Shown: positions 18,301 through 28,432 of the stretch, one piece after another | Layout of the letters: the number at the start of each line of letters is the position of its first letter | How positions within the stretch are numbered: position 1 is the stretch's first letter | DNA from: Dehalococcoidia bacterium | GTDB taxonomy: Bacteria > Chloroflexota > Dehalococcoidia > UBA2979 | Length of the DNA stretch: 64,000 nt | Direction: 5' to 3' | NCBI GenBank assembly: GCA_965219085.1 | Contig: OZ244720.1 | Span: forward strand, 384,001-448,000 | Translations under genes and position numbers: made by a program | The notes under the pieces: model-generated | Database searches by the model: none | What the model saw: only the letters and a program-made list of their open reading frames with translations | What the model was told of the DNA's origin: nothing

Positions 18301-20712
18301 ATGGTTGACGTTGCAGCGCTACGACCATTCCTGGAGGCGCGCTCGGCAGTAGCCGGGCGCGCCTTCGGGCGTCCGCCCGCCGAGGCCGGCCTCGCGCTCT
18401 CCAACGGCCTGAGCGACGCGCTCGACGTGTGCCTGCGCGACCTCGCCGAACCGGTCGCGGGGAGCGGCGCGGCTGTCGTCGCGCTCGGCAGCTATGGCCG
18501 GCGCGAACTCTGCCGGCACTCCGACGTCGACCTCATGCTGCTGTTCGCGGGCGAGCCCGATCAGGACGTCGTCAACCGCGTGCTCTACCCGCTGTGGGAC
18601 AGCGGCCTGCAGGTGGGGCACTCGACGCGCAGGCTTCAGCAGGTGGTTCCGGCCGCGCGCGACAACGTGCAGACCTGCACCTCACTCCTCGACGCGCGGC
18701 TCGTCTCGGGTGACGAGACGCTGTTCCGGCGGTTCCGGAACGAGTTCCGCAACTTCGTGCGACGTCGCCGCCCGTGGATGCACGAACAGCTCGCCACGGG
18801 CCGCGAGGCGCAGCTGCGGCGCGAGCCGTGGCAGCCGCAGGAGCCCGACGTGAAGACGGGCCGCGGCGGGTTGCGGTCGCTGCAGACCGTGCACTGGCTG
18901 GACCTCTCGCAGGCCCTCGCCGACGACCGCGAAGTGGCGTGGCTCACTCCCGAACTCGCCGAGGCGCGCGAGCTGCTGCTCGCCACGCGCAACGCGCTGC
19001 ACGCACTCGACGAGCGAGCGAACGACCGACTGCGGCGTGACGTCATCGACCGCGTCGCCGACAGCCTCGGCACGACCCGGCGCGACTGGAGCCGCAGCGT
19101 CACGGAGGCGATGCGCGTGGTCGACGCGGCCGCGGCCGAGGCGCTGCGCGCGGGCGACTCGGCGGCGGCCGGGCCGCGATGGCGGCTGCCGGTCCCATGG
19201 CGACGGCGTCGCGCCGAGGACGGAGAGGAGGCCACGGCCGCCGCGGCGGGGAGCAGCGACTTCGACCGGCTGGTGGAGGCCCTACAGGGCCTCGGCCCCG
19301 GCGGGCCGCTCGACCCGCTGCCCGCGAGCGAATGGCTGGAGCGCGTCCTGCCCGAGTGGGGAGGACTGCGCTACGAGCCACACGTCACGCTCTTCCACAC
19401 GCATCCCGTCGACGTGCACATCTGCCGCACCGTCGTCGAGGCGAGGGCGGCGATGGAGACGGACGACTTCAACGCCGGCACGCCCGAGGCCGCGGCCGGC
19501 ATCGGCGACCCGCGCGAGTTGCTCCTCGCGGCGTTCCTGCACGACATCGGCAAGGGGCGCGAGGGCCAGCACAGCGGGCGCGGCGCCATGATGGCGGAGC
19601 GCTTCGCCGTCCGCGCCGGCCTGGGCGACGAGGCCGCGCAGCGCCTGGCCCACGCGGTGCAGCACCACCTGCTGCTGCCGGACGTGGCGACGCGACGTGA
19701 CATCTCCGACGAGCGCGTGATCCGCGAGGTCGCCGACACCGTGGGCGACATGCGGACGCTCAACCTGCTCTACGTCCTCTCCGTCGCCGACGCGCGTGCG
19801 TGCGGTTCGGACGTGTGGAACGCCTGGAAGGCGCAGCTCATGCGCTCGCTCTACCTGCGCGTGTCCGAGGAGCTCTCGGGCGTCTCGCTGCGGACCCCGG
19901 CCGTGCGCCGAGACGCGGCGGTGCGCGAGCTGTCCGGCCGGGTCGAGGCGCAGGCCGTCGAGGCGCACCTCCAGCAGATGCCAATCGGCTACCTGCTCTC
20001 CATGGAGCCCGAGGCTATTGGGCGGCACATCGAGCTGATCGAGAGCGGGGTCACGTCGCGACAGGAGGCGGGCGGCGGCGGTCCGATCGCACCAGTGCTC
20101 CACCACGACCAGCTCGGCAGCCTCGACCGGCTCACGATCGTCACGGGCGACCGGCCCGGTATCCTGCAGGCCGTAGCAGGGTCGCTGGCGGTGCATAACG
20201 TGAACGTCCTCGGCGGCACCGCCTACACGCGCGACGACGGGGTGGCGATCGACGTCATGCACGTCGGCGGCGCGCGTGGCCGCGCCATCGACGAGCAGCG
20301 CTGGGAGCGCATCTTCGACTCGATGAGCAGCGCGCTCATCGGCGAGTTCCCCATCGAGGCGCGCCTCGCCGCGGCGCGGGCTTCGTACGGGGCGGAGCCC
20401 GCGGCCGCGCTCCCCACCACCGTCGACGTCGACAACGCCAGCTCCGACGAGTACTCGATCGTCGAGGTGCATGCCGCCGACCGGCTCGGCTTGCTCTACA
20501 CGATCACCACGGCGCTGCGGGACATGTCGCTCGACATCCACATGGCGAAGGTGAACACCTTCGGCAACGAGATCGTCGACGCGTTCTACGTGCGGCGTGA
20601 GAACGGCCTTCGCATCGAGGCCGGCGACGAGATCGAGCGGCTCGTGGCGCGCGTCACGTCGGCGGTCGCAGCGCTCGACGGGGACGGCGCCGGGTCGGCC
20701 CGCGCGCCGTAG
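18301..20712 (+). CDS. glnD: PII nucleotidyltransferase (NT, HD and two ACT domains)
   Basis: GSYGRRELCRHSDVD, PDVKTGRGGLR, LHDIGKG, DRPGIL, DRLGLL. Confidence 0.9.
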   Translation: MVDVAALRPFLEARSAVAGRAFGRPPAEAGLALSNGLSDALDVCLRDLAEPVAGSGAAVVALGSYGRRELCRHSDVDLMLLFAGEPDQDVVNRVLYPLWDSGLQVGHSTRRLQQVVPAARDNVQTCTSLLDARLVSGDETLFRRFRNEFRNFVRRRRPWMHEQLATGREAQLRREPWQPQEPDVKTGRGGLRSLQTVHWLDLSQALADDREVAWLTPELAEARELLLATRNALHALDERANDRLRRDVIDRVADSLGTTRRDWSRSVTEAMRVVDAAAAEALRAGDSAAAGPRWRLPVPWRRRRAEDGEEATAAAAGSSDFDRLVEALQGLGPGGPLDPLPASEWLERVLPEWGGLRYEPHVTLFHTHPVDVHICRTVVEARAAMETDDFNAGTPEAAAGIGDPRELLLAAFLHDIGKGREGQHSGRGAMMAERFAVRAGLGDEAAQRLAHAVQHHLLLPDVATRRDISDERVIREVADTVGDMRTLNLLYVLSVADARACGSDVWNAWKAQLMRSLYLRVSEELSGVSLRTPAVRRDAAVRELSGRVEAQAVEAHLQQMPIGYLLSMEPEAIGRHIELIESGVTSRQEAGGGGPIAPVLHHDQLGSLDRLTIVTGDRPGILQAVAGSLAVHNVNVLGGTAYTRDDGVAIDVMHVGGARGRAIDEQRWERIFDSMSSALIGEFPIEARLAAARASYGAEPAAALPTTVDVDNASSDEYSIVEVHAADRLGLLYTITTALRDMSLDIHMAKVNTFGNEIVDAFYVRRENGLRIEAGDEIERLVARVTSAVAALDGDGAGSARAP

Positions 20713-20716
20713 GAGG

Positions 20717-21184
20717 CTACTGGCGGTTCACCCACGCCGCGAGGCGGTCCTCGACGCCGTCCGGGAACGCCTGATGCGTCCCCGCCAGCACCTCGGCCAG
20801 CGGCAGCCAGCGCGCGGTGAACGGGGCGTCACCCTCGATCGCGGTCATCGGCTCCAGGTCCGGCGGGGCGTGGCCCGGCGCGAAGGTGGCGAGGTACTCG
20901 AAGACGATCTCGTGGCCCGGCACGCCCTCGAGGGTGAAACGGTTCTCGATCACACCCAGCAGGTCGCGCATGACCACGTCGCGGCCGAGCTCCTCGCGCA
21001 GCTCGCGGACGGCGGCCTCGGCGGCCGACTCGCCAAACTCCACCTCGCCGCCGAGGGCGCGGTAGAAGGTGAGGTCGCGCAAGGAGTCGTGGCCCTCGGC
21101 CATGAGCAGGTGGTCGTCGTGGAGCACGAGGCAGATGGCGATGACGCGGATGCGCGGCGGCGGAGGCTGGCTGGCTTCCGGCAC
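20717..21184 (-). CDS. NUDIX hydrolase
   Basis: GGEVEFGESAAEAAVRELREELG Nudix box. Confidence 0.9.
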   Translation of the reverse strand: MPEASQPPPPRIRVIAICLVLHDDHLLMAEGHDSLRDLTFYRALGGEVEFGESAAEAAVRELREELGRDVVMRDLLGVIENRFTLEGVPGHEIVFEYLATFAPGHAPPDLEPMTAIEGDAPFTARWLPLAEVLAGTHQAFPDGVEDRLAAWVNRQ

Positions 21185-21343
21185 GTCCGGCCCCGTTCCG
21201 CCCGCCCGAGGTGATACGTGGTGCGCCGAAGGGGAATCGGGTGTCCTCGGCGCGAGTCCCTGCGGCGCGCGCAGTGTAGGATACGCGGGCCCGGTCGCAG
21301 ACGGCGGCCTGCTGGGGCAATCGGATGCTGGAGGATAAGCGAA

Positions 21344-22591
21344 GTGGCCAACGAGATTTACGAGGTCGGCGAAGCGCCCCCGGTTGGGGAAGTGCCGCCG
21401 AAGATGTACGCCAGCCTGATCCGCGAGAGCCGGTTCGGCCCGCCTCGCGACGCGTTCCAGATCGAGGCGATCGACACGCCGACGCCGGGACCGCGCCAGG
21501 TGCTGGTCTATGTGATGGCCGCGGGCACCAACTACAACAACGTGTGGGCGGCGCTCGGCTATCCGGTCAACGTGATCGGCGCGCGCCAGCGCCAGGGCGC
21601 CGAGGAAGACTTCCACATCGGCGGCTCGGACGCCTCGGGCATCGTCTACGCGGTGGGCGACGAGGTCACGAACGTCAAGGTCGGCGACGAGGTCGTGCTC
21701 TCGTGCGGCATGTGGGACGAGAACGCCCCGGACATCGTCGCCGGCGGTGACCCGATCATGTCGTCGAGCAACAAGATCTGGGGCTACGAGGAAAACTGGG
21801 GCTCGTTCGCCCAGTTCACGCTCGTCGACCACTACCAGTGCTACCCCAAGCCGGAGCACCTGACGTGGGAGGCCGCGGCCGCCTACATGCTCGTCGGCGC
21901 GACGGCGTGGCGGATGCTACGCGGCTGGGCGCCGAACGTCGTCGAGGAAGGCGACCCGGTGCTGATCTGGGGCGGCGCGGGCGGCCTCGGGTCGATGGCG
22001 ATCCAGATCACGCGCGAGTTCGGCGGCCTGCCGATCGCCGTGGTCTCCGACGAGTCCAAGTACGAGTTCTGCCTGCAGTTGGGCGCGAAGGGCGTGATCA
22101 ACCGCCGCGACTTCGACCACTGGGGCCGGCTTCCCGATGTCGACGACGCCGAGGCGTTCGGCGCGTGGGCGGGCGGGGCGCGCCTGTTCGGCCGCGCATT
22201 CTGGGACGCGCTCGGTGAACGCCGCAACCCGAAGATCGTCTTCGACCACCCGGGCGAGGCGACGATCCCGACCTCGATCTTCCTGGTCGACAACGGCGGG
22301 ATGGTGGTGATCTGCGCCGGCACGTCGGGCTACAACGCCGACGTGGACCTGCGCTACCTGTGGATGCGCCAGAAGCGCTTCCAGGGCTCGCACTTCGCCA
22401 ACGTCGAGGAGTGCACCGAGTTCAACGACATGGTGGCCCAGGGCCGCATCGAACCGGCGCTGTCACGCGTCTTCCAGTTCGGCGAGGTCGGCGAGAGCCA
22501 CCAGCTCATGTACGAGAACGCGCACCCGCCGGGGAACATGGCGATCCTGGTTGGCGCCAGGGAGGAAGGCCACACCGACTTCCCGTTCTAG
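21344..22591 (+). CDS. ccr: Crotonyl-CoA carboxylase/reductase
   Basis: [41 protein letters not shown]. Confidence 0.9.
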   Translation: MANEIYEVGEAPPVGEVPPKMYASLIRESRFGPPRDAFQIEAIDTPTPGPRQVLVYVMAAGTNYNNVWAALGYPVNVIGARQRQGAEEDFHIGGSDASGIVYAVGDEVTNVKVGDEVVLSCGMWDENAPDIVAGGDPIMSSSNKIWGYEENWGSFAQFTLVDHYQCYPKPEHLTWEAAAAYMLVGATAWRMLRGWAPNVVEEGDPVLIWGGAGGLGSMAIQITREFGGLPIAVVSDESKYEFCLQLGAKGVINRRDFDHWGRLPDVDDAEAFGAWAGGARLFGRAFWDALGERRNPKIVFDHPGEATIPTSIFLVDNGGMVVICAGTSGYNADVDLRYLWMRQKRFQGSHFANVEECTEFNDMVAQGRIEPALSRVFQFGEVGESHQLMYENAHPPGNMAILVGAREEGHTDFPF

Positions 22592-22607
22592 GGAGTAAGC
22601 TCACTAG

Positions 22608-23609
22608 ATGGGGAAGGTCTACGGCGAGCGGTGGGAAACGCTGGCCTCCCTCGGTGAGGGAGGCCAGGCGCGCGCGTTCCACGTCAGGGACCTGCAGAGT
22701 CCGGATGGCGACGAGCGCTGGGTCCTCAAACGACTGAAGAACACGCAACGGATCGGGCGCTTCGAGGACGAGATCAAAGCGCTGCTCACAATCGAGTCTC
22801 CGAGGATCCCCCGAGTGGAGGATTACTCCCTCGGCGATCCTGCGTACCTCGTGTACCCATACATCGGTCCGTCACTCGACCAAGTCGCGGACACGCTCTC
22901 CTTCGATCAGGCACTCGACTTGTACTGGGATGTCGCGGAGGCAGTGAGTGCCGCGCACTATCACAATGTCGTGCATCGTGACCTGAAGCCGCAGAACATC
23001 GTGGTCGACGAGAACCCGGACGGCAGACGCGCCTACCTCATCGACTTCGGGATCTGCCAGATCGAGGACGGGCACGCCTTTACCGTCACCGAGGAGCCTC
23101 TCGGGAGCCGGAGCTTCGCGGCACCGGAACTAGAAGCAGGGTCTCCTGTTGCGGTCGGGCCGAAGAGCGATGTCTATAGCTTGGGGAAGCTGCTGTATTG
23201 GATGGTCACGCAGGGCAAGATGTTCGCCCGGGAGAACTTCGGCGCGGCGATTCAGTCCGTGCCCGTCGAACGGGGTGTAGAGCGATCGTACGTTCGGAAT
23301 CTGCTGTCACGCACTGTCCTCATCGACCCTACAGAACGGATCTCGGCTCAGACCCTCACCAGCGACGTCAAGGTCGCTAGACGCCTTATCCGGCTAGGAG
23401 TGAACCTGATCGGGGCCAGTGATCAGATCTGCCCGGTCTGCCGCGAGGGCACCCTTCGGCGCCGGACCGGAACAGACATCCGGAACACGGGTTTCAACCC
23501 TACAGGCGATCCGGACGAGTGGTTCCGACTCCTCCACTGCGACTACTGCGGTTACCTCCAACTGCACGACATTAGCGGTACCGGGGCGCGGGATCTTTGG
23601 GAGATCTAG
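22608..23609 (+). CDS. Hanks-type Ser/Thr kinase with C-terminal zinc ribbon
   Basis: LGEGGQA, HRDLKPQN, DFG, APE, SDVYSLG; CPVC...CDYC; visibly more A/T-rich than flanks. Confidence 0.9.
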   Translation: MGKVYGERWETLASLGEGGQARAFHVRDLQSPDGDERWVLKRLKNTQRIGRFEDEIKALLTIESPRIPRVEDYSLGDPAYLVYPYIGPSLDQVADTLSFDQALDLYWDVAEAVSAAHYHNVVHRDLKPQNIVVDENPDGRRAYLIDFGICQIEDGHAFTVTEEPLGSRSFAAPELEAGSPVAVGPKSDVYSLGKLLYWMVTQGKMFARENFGAAIQSVPVERGVERSYVRNLLSRTVLIDPTERISAQTLTSDVKVARRLIRLGVNLIGASDQICPVCREGTLRRRTGTDIRNTGFNPTGDPDEWFRLLHCDYCGYLQLHDISGTGARDLWEI

Positions 23610-23665
23610 CGACCCAAAGTCGCCAGCAAGCCAGCAGATCGTTGCCGCGCGAGACGAACACACCA

Positions 23666-23693
23666 GCGGCCGATCGCACATGCGATCGGCCGC
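23666..23693. terminator. Perfect 13-bp inverted repeat between convergent genes
   Basis: GCGGCCGATCGCA-CA-TGCGATCGGCCGC. Confidence 0.55.
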
Positions 23694-23725
23694 CGTCGTT
23701 GCGGCGTCGCGTGTGCGAGGCCTCG

Positions 23726-24616
23726 CTAACGCAGCAGCGAGGCGAAGGCGCTTTCGATATCGGGCTGGGCGAACTCGAAGCCGGAGGCGGTGAGCGCCTG
23801 CGGGACGATGCGCTGGCTCGCGAAGAGCTCGGCCGGATCCTGCCCGAACGCGAGCCGGTAGGCGAACATCGGCACCGGGAACAGCGTCGGGCGGCGCAGC
23901 GCTCGGCCAAGGGCCTTCGTGAACCCGGCGTTGGTCACCGCGTCCGGCGCGGCGACGTTGACCGCGCCGCTCACATCGTTCGTCAGCGCGTGCTCGATTG
24001 AGCGCACCTCGTCCTCGAGCGTGACCCACGGCATCCACCAGCGGCCGTTGCCGAGGTTGCCGCCGACGCCGAGGCGGAACGGGAGCAGCAGCCGCGAGAG
24101 CGGCGCGCCTTCCCGCGAGAGCACGATCGCCGAGCGGTGACGGACCGTACGGATGCCGTGCTCCTCGGCGCGTGTCGCCTCGCGCTCCCACGCGATGACG
24201 AGGTCGGCGAGGAAGCCCGTGCCGGGCGCTGCGGTCTCGGTCAGCTCCTCGTCGCCGCGCTCGCCGTAGTAGCCGACGGCGGACTGGCCGACCAGCACCT
24301 CGGGGCGATCCTCGCTCGGCAGCGAACCGAGGTGTTCGACGAGCGTGCGGGTCGAGTCGATGCGGCTGCTGTGCAGCAGGTCGCGGCGCGCGGCCGACCA
24401 TCGACCCTCGCCGATGCTGGCGCCGCTGAGGTGGACCACGGCGTCGTAGCTGGCGAACGCGCCATCGCGCACCCAGCCGGCGGCGGGATCCCATTGCGAG
24501 GCCGGATCGCTCTCCGGACCGCGGCGGATGGCGGCCGCCTCGTGGCCGGCGGCCGCGAGTCGCTCGCGCAGGGCCGAACCGATGAGCCCGGTCCCCCCGG
24601 TGATCGCAATGCGCAT
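23726..24616 (-). CDS. TIGR01777-family NAD-dependent epimerase/oxidoreductase
   Basis: ITGGTGLIG, SRIDST, SAVGYYG, ASQRIVP. Confidence 0.9.
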   Translation of the reverse strand: MRIAITGGTGLIGSALRERLAAAGHEAAAIRRGPESDPASQWDPAAGWVRDGAFASYDAVVHLSGASIGEGRWSAARRDLLHSSRIDSTRTLVEHLGSLPSEDRPEVLVGQSAVGYYGERGDEELTETAAPGTGFLADLVIAWEREATRAEEHGIRTVRHRSAIVLSREGAPLSRLLLPFRLGVGGNLGNGRWWMPWVTLEDEVRSIEHALTNDVSGAVNVAAPDAVTNAGFTKALGRALRRPTLFPVPMFAYRLAFGQDPAELFASQRIVPQALTASGFEFAQPDIESAFASLLR

Positions 24617-24876
24617 GGCTACCGTCCTCTCGTGCACTGGGAGCGGTATCTCTGCCTACCATGATATGGCGGGCGCCTCGACAGTGACGAGGCTTCATAA
24701 CGAACGGGCGTAACTCGGCCCGCGCACCCGAATCGGGCGTGGACGCCCCGCAGCCGCTTCGGATATTGGCTAGAATGGGAGGCGCGGCGGGGCTTCCAGC
24801 CCCGGTACTCACAACGCGCCCAGGCAGGCCTTGCCTGCCGGGGGTCGTTGTGCGAGCGGTGACTGGAGGTCTTGCC

Positions 24877-26184
24877 ATGACGCTTGCAACGCCGGTATCC
24901 ACCGACGTAGCCACGCTGACGGTCGACGGCGCCACCTACGAGCTGCCCATCATCGAGGGTACCGAGGGTGAGCGCGCCATCGACATCTCGCAGCTGCGGG
25001 CAAGCTCCGGGCTCATCACCTACGACTCGGGCTACGCCAACACGGGCAGCACGCTGAGCGACATCACATTTGTCAACGGCGAGGAGGGCATCCTCCGTTA
25101 CCGCGGCTATCCGATCGAGCAGCTCGCGGAGCGGAGCACATTCCTCGAGACCTCCTACCTCGTGCTCCACGGCGAGCTGCCGTCGCAGGTGCAGCTCGAC
25201 GCGTTCACCGACCGCATCACGAACCACTCGCTCATCCACGAGAAGATCCTGCGGATGTACGACGCGTTCCCGCTGGACGCGCACCCGATGGCGGTGACCG
25301 CGGCGGTGGTGGGCTCGCTCTCGACCTTCTACCAGGACTCGCTTGACCCGCTCGACCCCGAGCAGGTGGACATCTCGACGTACCGGCTGCTGGCGAAGCT
25401 GCCGACGATCTGTGCGTTCGCCTTCAAGTACGCCATGGGCCAGCCGTTCAACTACCCGCGCAACGACCTCAGCTACGCCGAAAACCTGCTGTGGATGACA
25501 TTCGGGGTGCCCACCGAGGAGTACAAGCTCAGCGACGCGAACGTACGGGCCCTCGAGACCCTGCTGATCCTCCACGCCGACCACGAACAGAACTGCTCGA
25601 CGAGCACCATGCGGATGGTGGGCAGCTCGCGCGCCAACATCTACGCCTCCGCCTCGGCGGCCATCATGGCGCTGTGGGGTCCCCTCCACGGTGGCGCCAA
25701 CCAGGCCGTGATCGATATGCTCGAGGACATCGCCGCCGTCGAGGGCAGCGCGAAGGCGTTCCTCGAGAAGACCAAGGACACCAACGACACCACGCGGCTG
25801 ATGGGCTTCGGCCACCGCGTCTACAAGAACTTCGACCCGCGCGCCACGATCCTCAAGCGCCACGCCTACGAGGTGATCGAGCAGCTCGGACACTCGCCGC
25901 GGCTGCTCGAGATCGCGCTCGAACTCGAGAATCTCGCGCTCAACGACGACTACTACGTGCAGCGCCAGCTGTACCCGAACGTGGACTTCTACAGCGGCAT
26001 CATCTACGAGGCGCTCGGCGTGCCGAAGAACGGCTCCACGCCGCTCTTCGCCCTCGGCCGCATGCCGGGGTGGATCGCGCACTGGCGCGAGCACCACAGC
26101 GACACGAAGAACCGGCTCGGCCGGCCGCGCCAGATCTACACCGGCCCGACCACGCGGAACTACATCCCGATGGCGGAACGCTAG
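24877..26184 (+). CDS. gltA: Citrate synthase
   Basis: ILHADHEQNCSTS, GPLHGGAN, LMGFGHRVYK, YPNVDFYSG. Confidence 0.97.
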   Translation: MTLATPVSTDVATLTVDGATYELPIIEGTEGERAIDISQLRASSGLITYDSGYANTGSTLSDITFVNGEEGILRYRGYPIEQLAERSTFLETSYLVLHGELPSQVQLDAFTDRITNHSLIHEKILRMYDAFPLDAHPMAVTAAVVGSLSTFYQDSLDPLDPEQVDISTYRLLAKLPTICAFAFKYAMGQPFNYPRNDLSYAENLLWMTFGVPTEEYKLSDANVRALETLLILHADHEQNCSTSTMRMVGSSRANIYASASAAIMALWGPLHGGANQAVIDMLEDIAAVEGSAKAFLEKTKDTNDTTRLMGFGHRVYKNFDPRATILKRHAYEVIEQLGHSPRLLEIALELENLALNDDYYVQRQLYPNVDFYSGIIYEALGVPKNGSTPLFALGRMPGWIAHWREHHSDTKNRLGRPRQIYTGPTTRNYIPMAER

Positions 26185-26208
26185 CCCGCAGCGGCCGCTC
26201 ACGCACAG

Positions 26209-26242
26209 ACCCGCCGTCGCGCGTTGCGCACGGCGGGTTTCT
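26209..26242 (+). terminator. Intrinsic terminator after gltA
   Basis: ACCCGCCGT...ACGGCGGGT stem followed by TTCT. Confidence 0.6.
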
Positions 26243-26268
26243 GTGGCCCATAACCATAGCCTTGGCCT

Positions 26269-27895
26269 TGTCGTTGAGCAGCGATTCGGTCAGTAGTTAA
26301 CGGAGCAGCGATTCTGTCAGTCCCCAGCCAGCGAGCAGGGGGTGACAGTGCAGCAGTCCGAAGAAGCACGACGCTACGTACTCGACAGGGTGATGGCCGG
26401 AGATCTGCGAGCCTCTCAGGCCGCCGAGATCCTGAGCATCAGCGAGCGACACGCGTGGCGGCTCCTCGCCGCCTACCGCGCGCGCGGAGCCGCGGCGTTG
26501 GAGCACGGCAACCGCGGGCGCCGTCCGCACAACGCCGTCCCGGCCGACGTCGCCTCGGCCGTGGTGCGCTTCGCCACCACCCGCTACCCGGGAGCGAACC
26601 ACACCCACCTCGCCGAGTTGCTCTGGGAGCACGAGGGCCTGGACGTGAGCAGTTGGACCGTCCGCCGGATCCTGGCGCGGGCCGGCATCGCGAGTCCCCG
26701 CCGGCGCCGGCCGCCCGAGCACCGTGTCCGGCGTGAGCGGATGCCCCGCGAGGGGATGCTGCTCCAGGTCGACGGCAGCCACCACGCCTGGCTCGAGCAG
26801 CGCGGCCCGCGCTCCGCCCTGCTGCTCGCCGTTGACGATGCGACCGGCGCAGCCGTGCACGCCCTCTTCCGCCCCGTCGAGGACGCGCGCGGCTACTTCC
26901 TGTTGCTGGAGGAGATCGTCCGGCGCTGCGGCATCCCGCTCGCCCTCTACAGCGACCGCCACGGCGTCTTCAAAGCCTCCTCCGACGGACGGCGGGGCCT
27001 GAAGGTCGCAACCCAATTCGCACGGGCGATGCGGGAACTCGGGATCACCCAGATCTTCGCCCGCTCACCGCAGGCCAAGGGCCGCGTGGAACGTGCCGCG
27101 GGGACGTTCCAGGACCGCCTGGTGACCGAACTCAGCGACGCCTCGGCCTCCACCATCGCCGAGGCCCAGACCGTGCTCGAGCGCTTTCTGCCGCGCTTCA
27201 ACGCCCGCTTCCGGGTCCCGGCAGCCGAGCCCGCGGTGGCCTACCGCCCGCTCGACCCCGCGCTCCCGCTCGCCTCCATCCTCAGCTTCCGGCACCCCCG
27301 CAGCGTCGCCCGCGACAACACGGTCAAGTACCGCTGGCGCACGCTCCAGCTGCTGCCCGGGCCCGAGCGGACCAGCTACGCCGGGGCGCAGGTCGAGGTG
27401 GTGGAACGGCCGGGCGGCGAGCTCTCCGTCCTGCACCAGGGGGAGACGATCCCCTCGCGCGAGGCACCGCCGCGCGCCGGGGTGCTGAGGGCGGCGCGCT
27501 CCGAGCTGGCCCGGAACCCCGACCACGAGCGCATCGCCTCAGGGCTCGGTTCCGGAGGAGCACCCCGGCGACTCCCCGTGGCGCCCGCCGTCCTGGCGGC
27601 GGAGGGTGCGCCCAACGGGGCCGCCGTGAAGCCCGAGCCCGGGAGCAAGCAGCTCCGCCCACCCACGCCCCGACAGCTCGCCCGCTGGAAGGCCATCCAG
27701 CAGGCGCAGTTGCAGGGGCTCTCGATGCGGGCGACTGCCAGGCTGCTCGGTATCTCCCGTGTGACCGTCAGCAACTACGTCCGCGCCAACGGGGTGCCTG
27801 GACGCCGGAACGGCGCTACGGCACCCTCCGGCGGCCAGCGCGGTACTGACAAAGTCGCTGCTCCGTTGGACTGACAGAATCGCTGCACGTCGACA
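26269..27895 (+). mobile_element. Complete ISNCY / IS1202-family-like insertion sequence
   Basis: Ends TGTCG...CGACA, each with two GCAGCGAnTynGTCAGT sub-repeats; 7-bp TSD TTGGCCT at 26262-26268 and 27896-27902. Confidence 0.9.
26342..27874 (+). CDS. DDE transposase (ISNCY/IS1202-like) with extra C-terminal HTH
   Basis: LQVDGSHHAW, VDDATG, LYSDRH, SPQAKGRVER..TFQDRL; C-terminal LSMRATARLLGISRVTV. Confidence 0.92.
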   Translation: MTVQQSEEARRYVLDRVMAGDLRASQAAEILSISERHAWRLLAAYRARGAAALEHGNRGRRPHNAVPADVASAVVRFATTRYPGANHTHLAELLWEHEGLDVSSWTVRRILARAGIASPRRRRPPEHRVRRERMPREGMLLQVDGSHHAWLEQRGPRSALLLAVDDATGAAVHALFRPVEDARGYFLLLEEIVRRCGIPLALYSDRHGVFKASSDGRRGLKVATQFARAMRELGITQIFARSPQAKGRVERAAGTFQDRLVTELSDASASTIAEAQTVLERFLPRFNARFRVPAAEPAVAYRPLDPALPLASILSFRHPRSVARDNTVKYRWRTLQLLPGPERTSYAGAQVEVVERPGGELSVLHQGETIPSREAPPRAGVLRAARSELARNPDHERIASGLGSGGAPRRLPVAPAVLAAEGAPNGAAVKPEPGSKQLRPPTPRQLARWKAIQQAQLQGLSMRATARLLGISRVTVSNYVRANGVPGRRNGATAPSGGQRGTDKVAAPLD

Positions 27896-27910
27896 TTGGC
27901 CTGCGCGGCC

Positions 27911-28295
27911 CTAAGATTCTGCAACGTCGCGGTTCGGCTTGTATTCATCCGGCAGCGACTTCTCGAATGACTCGAACACGGTGCCGATGGGCTTCGGCTT
28001 GGGCCCTCCTTCGGGGGATTTCCGTGTACTTCGCCTCTACGCGCCTTCTCCTTGGCCGAGATAGCTTCCTGAAGAGCTCGCTCAGGTTGTGATTGCGCCC
28101 ATGCCACACGCCGTCGTCGTCGAGTGCATATTTGAGGAGCAGCTCTGCCAGATACAAGCCGATCACCTGACGGCCCACTCTGAAACCAAGAAGCCTTGGA
28201 TCGTCCGAGTCATGCGGGAAAGGCGCGTTGAAGTAGTCAAGCACGCCTTCCAGCCACACAATTGACGGCTTCGCTTTCGGGTCTCGTTTAGTCAT
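27911..28295 (-). pseudogene. HEPN-like gene relic, apparently internally deleted or frameshifted
   Basis: ELLLKYAL...HNLSELFRKL pattern; a different frame supplies a plausible C-terminus ending at TAG 27911-27913; A/T-richer. Confidence 0.45.
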
Positions 28296-28432
28296 ATGGA
28301 TTCTCGCGATCCGTCGGGAGGCTAGCAGGACGATGGTAGCACGCGCGTTCTGTAAGCGTCGGGCATTGGCAGCTACTACGACGTCTGGCCTGTGGCGCGG
28401 TATCGTGCGAGTGCGGAGCGAAGGACGCGCGC

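Noticed and set aside
26240-26268. dif/xrs site next to the IS1202-like element
   Set aside because: GGCCCATAA resembles a XerC arm, but no TTATG-type XerD arm follows at 6-bp spacing.
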